This document shows, piece after piece, positions 23,856 through 28,654 of a stretch of DNA of 28,654 bases. Source of the stretch: Candidatus Riflemargulisbacteria bacterium (lineage in GTDB: Bacteria; Margulisbacteria; Riflemargulisbacteria; GWF2-35-9; DYQY01). The DNA is taken from assembly GCA_037141875.1 (NCBI GenBank), contig JBAXBT010000001.1, forward strand, positions 1-28,654. The letters are read 5' to 3'. A program made the position numbers and the translations under genes. Position 1 is the stretch's first letter; each line of letters starts with the position of its first letter. The notes below the pieces were generated by a model. The model searched no databases and had not been told where the DNA came from. It was given only the letters and a program-made list of their open reading frames with translations.

Positions 23856-26176
23856 TGATCAAAGCCTCAGTAATTAGGCAAAAATATATCGATTATTTCA
23901 TCAGCAAAGGACACAAGTTCCAAGAAAGCGCCTCGCTTGTTCCTTCTGATCCAACTCTGTTATTAACAATTGCAGGAATGGTTCCTTTTAAGCCTTACTT
24001 TTTAGGCAAAAAAGAAGCTCCATATACTCGAGCTACCTCCTGTCAGAAATGTATTCGAACAAACGACTTAGATAATGTCGGAAAAACTCCTAGACACCAC
24101 ACATTCTTTGAAATGTTAGGCAATTTCTCGTTTGGTGATTACTTCAAAAAAGATGCTATCTCTTATGCTTGGGAGTTCCTAACAAAAGAAATGGGAATGA
24201 ATAAAGATAAACTGTATATCTCTGTATTTAAAGACGATGAAGAAGCTGCAAGTTTATGGAAATCAGAAACAGGCATTAGTGATGCGCGCATCTTCAGACT
24301 AGGTGCAGAACATAACTTTTGGGAAGCAGGACCAACCGGTCCATGTGGCCCTTGCTCAGAAATCTATTACGACACTGGAGTTGATGAGTCTTGCCAAGAC
24401 AAAGAAAACTGCGCACCTGGCTGTGACTGCAATAGATTCCTTGAAATATGGAATCTAGTCTTTATGCAATATAATAAAGATGAAAAAGGCAACCTTTCTC
24501 CTCTTCCTAAAAAGAACATAGACACTGGAATGGGACTAGAAAGAATTAGCACAGTCATTCAAAATGTAAGCTCCAATTTCGAGACTGACCTATTTACTCC
24601 AATTATTAAACAAATAACTTCGCTTGCCACACTTCAAAATATTGAATCTACTCAAGTCATTGCTGACCATATTAGAGCAATTACTTTTATGATTGCTGAC
24701 AATGTTTTCCCTGGGAATGATGGCCGTGGGTATGTACTAAAGAAAATTATGCGAAGAGCTATTCTTCATGGCAAACAATTAGGAATTAACAAACATTTTC
24801 TTACTGAACTGGCTGATATTGTTATCTCTGAATATGGTTCATTCTACAAAGAACTAGAACAAAATAAAAAAATTATTCATGAAATTATTTCTACCGAAGA
24901 AATTAATTTTTCTAAAACATTACAATATGGGCTAGAGTTATTAGAGGAAGTAATTAAAGAACAAAAATCCATCTCTGGAGAACATGCTTTTAAATTATTT
25001 GATACCTTTGGTTTCCCATTAGAACTAACACAAGATATTGCAAGAAAAAATAATGTCACACTTGATATTATAGGATTTGAAAAACTAATGGAACAACAAA
25101 AAGAACGGTCAAGGGGAAATTCTATTTTCTATAAAGAAGGCGAAAAACCAATCGGCGGAGAATCTATTATTGCTAAAGATGAAAAAGACAAAATAGAAAT
25201 GGCTAGAAATCATAGTGCTACCCACTTATTACAAAATGCACTCAGAAAGATTATGGGAAACCATATTTCTCAAGCAGGATCCATGGTCTCTCCAGAAAGA
25301 CTAAGATTCGATTTTACCGCACCAAAAGGTCTAAGCAATGAACAACTAGAAGAAACCGAAAAATTGATCAACGAAGCTATCTTGGCTAATCATTCTGTTG
25401 ACATCTGCGAACTAAAACTTCAAGACGCCTTGGATAGTGGTGCTGTTGCTTTATTTACCGAAAAGTATGGTGACGAAGTAAGAGTTGTAACTATGGGCAA
25501 CTCAAAAGAACTTTGTGGTGGCACTCACGTTGAAAGAACTGGAGATATCGGCTTATTTAAAATCACTTCAGAGGCCTCTATAAGTAGTGGTGTTAGAAGA
25601 ATCGAAGCCTTAACTGGTAGTTATGCTCTGGAATACCTTAACAATACCCTTAAGGTAGTAAAAAATATCTCTGCTAAATACAAAACACCTTTTGACCAAC
25701 TTGAACAAAAAATAGAAAACATTCAGGCTGAACTTGATGAACTTAAAAAAACTAACTCTAAAATGGCAGAAAAAATTCTGGTTGAACAAATACTACTAAG
25801 TAAAGAATCAGAAAAAATAAGCTTTGCTTCACTTTCAGCTTTTATATCCAAAATAGTTATAGAGGAAGACCAAAAAATAGACATGCAATCACTTGCTGAG
25901 AAAGTTCAAGAAAAAATAAATGGGATTGTCTGTATATTCCTCCATAATAAACAAACAAATAAAGCACAAATTATAATCAAAAGTTTTCCTGGTATACCTG
26001 TCAATCTATTTGATGCCGGATCATTACTTAAGGAAATTACCCCTATTCTAAAAGGAAAAGGTGGTGGACGTGCTGATATGGCACAAGGTTCAGGGGAAGA
26101 TGCAAGTATGCTACCAAAAGCCATTGAAAAGGCAACTACTTTTCTTAAGTTTACGCTTGGCTCTAGTGTTTGTTAA
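23855..26176 (+). CDS. alaS: Alanyl-tRNA synthetase, internally shortened form
   Basis: AGMVPFKPYF, CQKCIR, RHHTFFEMLGNFSFGDYFK, WEAGPTGPCGPCSEI, IDTGMGLER, editing motifs NHSATH and ELCGGTH, DHHA1 GKGGG. Confidence 0.97.
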   Translation: MIKASVIRQKYIDYFISKGHKFQESASLVPSDPTLLLTIAGMVPFKPYFLGKKEAPYTRATSCQKCIRTNDLDNVGKTPRHHTFFEMLGNFSFGDYFKKDAISYAWEFLTKEMGMNKDKLYISVFKDDEEAASLWKSETGISDARIFRLGAEHNFWEAGPTGPCGPCSEIYYDTGVDESCQDKENCAPGCDCNRFLEIWNLVFMQYNKDEKGNLSPLPKKNIDTGMGLERISTVIQNVSSNFETDLFTPIIKQITSLATLQNIESTQVIADHIRAITFMIADNVFPGNDGRGYVLKKIMRRAILHGKQLGINKHFLTELADIVISEYGSFYKELEQNKKIIHEIISTEEINFSKTLQYGLELLEEVIKEQKSISGEHAFKLFDTFGFPLELTQDIARKNNVTLDIIGFEKLMEQQKERSRGNSIFYKEGEKPIGGESIIAKDEKDKIEMARNHSATHLLQNALRKIMGNHISQAGSMVSPERLRFDFTAPKGLSNEQLEETEKLINEAILANHSVDICELKLQDALDSGAVALFTEKYGDEVRVVTMGNSKELCGGTHVERTGDIGLFKITSEASISSGVRRIEALTGSYALEYLNNTLKVVKNISAKYKTPFDQLEQKIENIQAELDELKKTNSKMAEKILVEQILLSKESEKISFASLSAFISKIVIEEDQKIDMQSLAEKVQEKINGIVCIFLHNKQTNKAQIIIKSFPGIPVNLFDAGSLLKEITPILKGKGGGRADMAQGSGEDASMLPKAIEKATTFLKFTLGSSVC

Positions 26177-26179
26177 TTC

Positions 26180-26578
26180 ATGAAAGTATTAGGTTTAGAT
26201 TTTGGCACAAAATATATTGGAATTGCCTTATCTGATCCGTTCAAATCTATAGCATTTCCTTATGGAAAAATAGAACCTGATAAAGCAATCGCTAAAATCA
26301 AAGAAATTTTAGAAGAAGAAAATATTGAATCCATAGTTCTAGGACTACCAAGAGCACTTAAAGGCAACGAGACAGCAATGACTGGACTTGTTAAAGAGTT
26401 CAGATTAGAACTGGAAAAACACGTAACTGTTCCAATCATCTATCAAGATGAAAGACTTACTTCTTCCTTTGTTGGAAAACAACTAACTGCTCAAGGTGTA
26501 AATCAAAAAAAACAGAGACAAATAAAAGATGCTTTAGAGGCAACTCAGATACTGCAAAGTTTTTTAGATAAAAAGTAA
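26180..26578 (+). CDS. ruvX: YqgF/RuvX pre-16S rRNA nuclease
   Basis: VLGLDFGTKYIGIALSD, IVLGLP, QDERLTS, DALEA..ILQ.FL; follows alaS. Confidence 0.95.
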   Translation: MKVLGLDFGTKYIGIALSDPFKSIAFPYGKIEPDKAIAKIKEILEEENIESIVLGLPRALKGNETAMTGLVKEFRLELEKHVTVPIIYQDERLTSSFVGKQLTAQGVNQKKQRQIKDALEATQILQSFLDKK

Positions 26579-26806
26579 TTACTTGCTTTTATCTGTTTTT
26601 TTATCTCCACAACAACAATCACCATCACATTTACATGTTGAAAAGTTAAAAAGAACATATGCAGGACAAAAACCTATGACTGCTGTCAAAAGCGGAATAA
26701 GACCAACAATCCCCAACCATGATTTAAATTCTACCCCTAATCCAATAACTATAATTCCCAAAATTACTCTAAAAAATCTATCATTTTTTCCTAAATTACA
26801 TTTCAT
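26579..26806 (-). CDS. DUF2892/YgaP-like inner membrane protein with Cys-rich tail
   Basis: MKCNLGKNDRFFRVILG...GLIPLLTAVIGFCPAY..FNFSTC; AAGGAG SD. Confidence 0.9.
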   Translation of the reverse strand: MKCNLGKNDRFFRVILGIIVIGLGVEFKSWLGIVGLIPLLTAVIGFCPAYVLFNFSTCKCDGDCCCGDKKTDKSK

Positions 26807-26884
26807 AATTTACTCCTTTTTTATAAAAACTAACAAACTATCAAGATTACTTATGCTCTTAATCATATCACATACAGCAATATA

Positions 26885-27448
26885 TTATCGTTTTGTGCCT
26901 TGTATAAGATAATGATAAGAATTAATGTCTTTATGGACTATATCTTTATAACCAGCCTGCATAAGCAAATTCATTGTTTCCATTGAAGATACTCTTTCTG
27001 ATACTTCAGGACCTTTTTCAGTATTTGTTTCGTTCCACTCAATAATAGCAATTTTGCCATTAACCTTCGTGGTCCTATATAATTCTGAAACTATTTCTTT
27101 CTTCTCTGTTACTTCATGTAAAACAAAAGCCAAAAAAACTAAATTTGCTATTTCATCTGAAAGCGGAATATTTGAGTCATATAATTTAACCAACTCAGCA
27201 GGAGCTGACAAATTAGCGTTTGCAACTTCCTGTAACATCTCCTCAAAAATATCTAAAGCAAAAACTTTTCCACGCTTAGTAACTATTTGTGAAGCAGGAA
27301 CAGTAAAAAACCCTGGTCCACACCCAAAATCGAGAAAACAATCCCCTTCTTTAAGGCCTATATCCTTTAAAGCCAATACTGGATTAATAATATTATATCT
27401 CTCTGGAGTAATTAACTTTTGAAAATCTTTAGGGTTAAAGGTGTGCAT
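26885..27448 (-). CDS. Class I SAM-dependent methyltransferase (UbiE-like, Methyltransf_11/31 type)
   Basis: FLDFGCGPGFFT, VFALDI, VFLAFVLHEV, GKIAIIEW, GP..SER. Confidence 0.9.
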   Translation of the reverse strand: MHTFNPKDFQKLITPERYNIINPVLALKDIGLKEGDCFLDFGCGPGFFTVPASQIVTKRGKVFALDIFEEMLQEVANANLSAPAELVKLYDSNIPLSDEIANLVFLAFVLHEVTEKKEIVSELYRTTKVNGKIAIIEWNETNTEKGPEVSERVSSMETMNLLMQAGYKDIVHKDINSYHYLIQGTKR

Positions 27449-27459
27449 AATATTGACTT

Positions 27460-27468
27460 ATTATATCA
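27460..27468 (-). promoter_or_regulatory. Extended -10 element TGaTATAAT, 11 nt before the methyltransferase ATG
   Basis: Same TGATATAATAA string and 11-nt distance as upstream of ftsK. Confidence 0.5.
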
Positions 27469-27493
27469 CAATTAAAAACTAGATAATTCCGAT

Positions 27494-27522
27494 TTGTATA
27501 TTAATAAGATGAAATTTATAAT
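27494..27522 (+). promoter_or_regulatory. Sigma70-like promoter TTGTAT-N17-TATAAT, 6 nt before mltG ATG (leaderless-type)
   Basis: Motif read directly; no SD. Confidence 0.5.
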
Positions 27523-27528
27523 AATCCC

Positions 27529-28533
27529 ATGAAAAAGGTAATTTGCTTTTTTTTTGTATTACTTAGTTTTAGTTTTGGCTCAATAACTACAGTAATGATT
27601 CCCAAAGGATCCTCCGCAAGTGACATAGCAATAATTCTTAAAAAAGACAAAATAATAAATAATGAGTTTACCTTCAATCTTTTGGTTAAACTTTTCAATA
27701 AAGAACGTAACTTCCTTTATGGCAGATTAAGCATCAGCACCAATGCTAGTTACCTTAATATAATAAACCAATTACAAGACCCAACGAACATTCAACTTGT
27801 AAAAGTTACCATACCTGAAGGGTTTAACTTATTTCAAATAAACGACCTTCTAGTCAAGAAAGGTTTATTGAAAAACACTGAGTTCTACGATTTTGCAACT
27901 GATAAAACAAAATTCATACAACTCCTTAAAGATATTCCAGAACTGTATAATGATCCTGAATTAACTCAACTGGAAGGGTTTCTCTTCCCGGAAACTTACT
28001 TATTTGAATACGATATAACCCCTGAGGAAATAGCCCAAGCAATGCTTCATCTCTTCAAAACCAAAGTAATGCCAGCTTATGAAAATGCTAAAATAAATGG
28101 TACGTTACCTAAAAGACATGGACAAACATTAAAATTCTACAATATTATTTCTCTTGCTTCTATTATTGAAGGAGAAGCAGTAGCTGCAGAGGAAAGAGCA
28201 ATCATTTCTGGTGTCTTCATAAATAGAATGAATAAAAGAATGATTCTAGGCTCCTGTGCAACAATCCACTATGCAAGAGCACTTAATGGACTTCCTAAAG
28301 TAATAGATCTTTCCTATACAGATACTAGAATAAACAGTGGATACAACACCTATACAAATCAAGGACTTCCACCTACTGCTATAAACAATCCATGATTAGC
28401 ATCAATTGAGGCGGCTCTTAATCCTGAGAAAAATATCTATTATTTTTTTGTTTCAAATAAAGACGGAACTCACCATTTTTCCAAAACTGAATGGGAACAT
28501 AATTATTGGAAAAGAAAATACTACACAAAGTAA
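27529..28533 (+). pseudogene. mltG: Endolytic transglycosylase MltG (YceG family) interrupted by an in-frame TGA at 28393-28395
   Basis: KVTIPEGF, LEGFLFPETY, LASIIEGEA, GVFINRM, YNTY.NQGLPPTAINNP*LASIEAALNP...YFFVSNKDGTHHFSKT..EHN; the stop sits at the normally Gly position of the NPG motif. Could be a sequencing error rather than a true pseudogene. Confidence 0.85.
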
Positions 28534-28562
28534 ATCCCAAACTCAAAAGACTTATTTAGCAA

Positions 28563-28654
28563 TTACTGAACAAGTTCTGATACAAATGAAAAGGTATAGC
28601 CTTCTTCTATCATTTTAGGCATCCATTCAAACAATACCTCTAAAGTATACTGTT
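28563..28654 (-). CDS. C-terminal 30 codons of a probable polysaccharide deacetylase (YibQ/NodB-like); gene starts beyond window
   Basis: Manual translation QYTLEVLFEWMPKMIEEGYTFSFVSELVQ* resembles the terminal T...L...LP.L...GY.FV.VSEL motif of these families. Confidence 0.55.
   Translation of the reverse strand, partial: QYTLEVLFEWMPKMIEEGYTFSFVSELVQ

Noticed and set aside
28393-28395. Genome-wide TGA=Gly recoding (code 25)
   Set aside because: ileS, alaS, ftsK and flhA contain many Gly codons with no internal TGA, and TGA ends flhA, recN and the RRM gene at plausible termini.
28393-28440. Selenocysteine insertion at the mltG TGA
   Set aside because: Position corresponds to Gly, not Cys, and only very weak pairing follows, not a convincing SECIS.
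754-28618. Short ORF-track entries antisense to or overlapping real genes (e.g. 754-978, 1438-1689, 2593-3470, 7600-7782, 10826-11975, 16480-17321, 18210-18434, 21003-21755, 24367-26124, 26583-26912, 27054-27698, 28406-28618)
   Set aside because: Shadow frames of well-supported genes with no motifs or ribosome-binding sites.

Overview
AT-rich bacterial chromosomal window read with standard code 11, with no tRNA, rRNA, CRISPR array or transposase that I can recognise. In order: 5' part of a multi-GAF signalling protein (missed by the ORF track because it runs off the window); ftsK; a ~730 bp hairpin- and inverted-repeat-rich intergenic region; a minus-strand run flhA-flhF-flhG-(FlgV-like)-fliA-ileS-LCP; an RRM protein and yqeK; a four-gene orphan island; a minus-strand run MTase-nadK-recN-cheW-dGTPase; ytxH-small membrane protein-alaS-ruvX; DUF2892 and a methyltransferase on the opposite strand; mltG with an in-frame TGA; and the 3' end of a probable polysaccharide deacetylase. 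Best candidate for something undescribed: the orphan island at 14697-18555, whose key protein has a transglutaminase-like Cys-His-Asp core flanked by helical segments that by eye resemble type III secretion needle/rod subunits. Second: the nested inverted-repeat/structured region at 3629-4357. Both are hypotheses from manual reading; no database search or folding program was run. Lineage cannot be established (a Margulisbacteria-like flagellated organism is only a guess).
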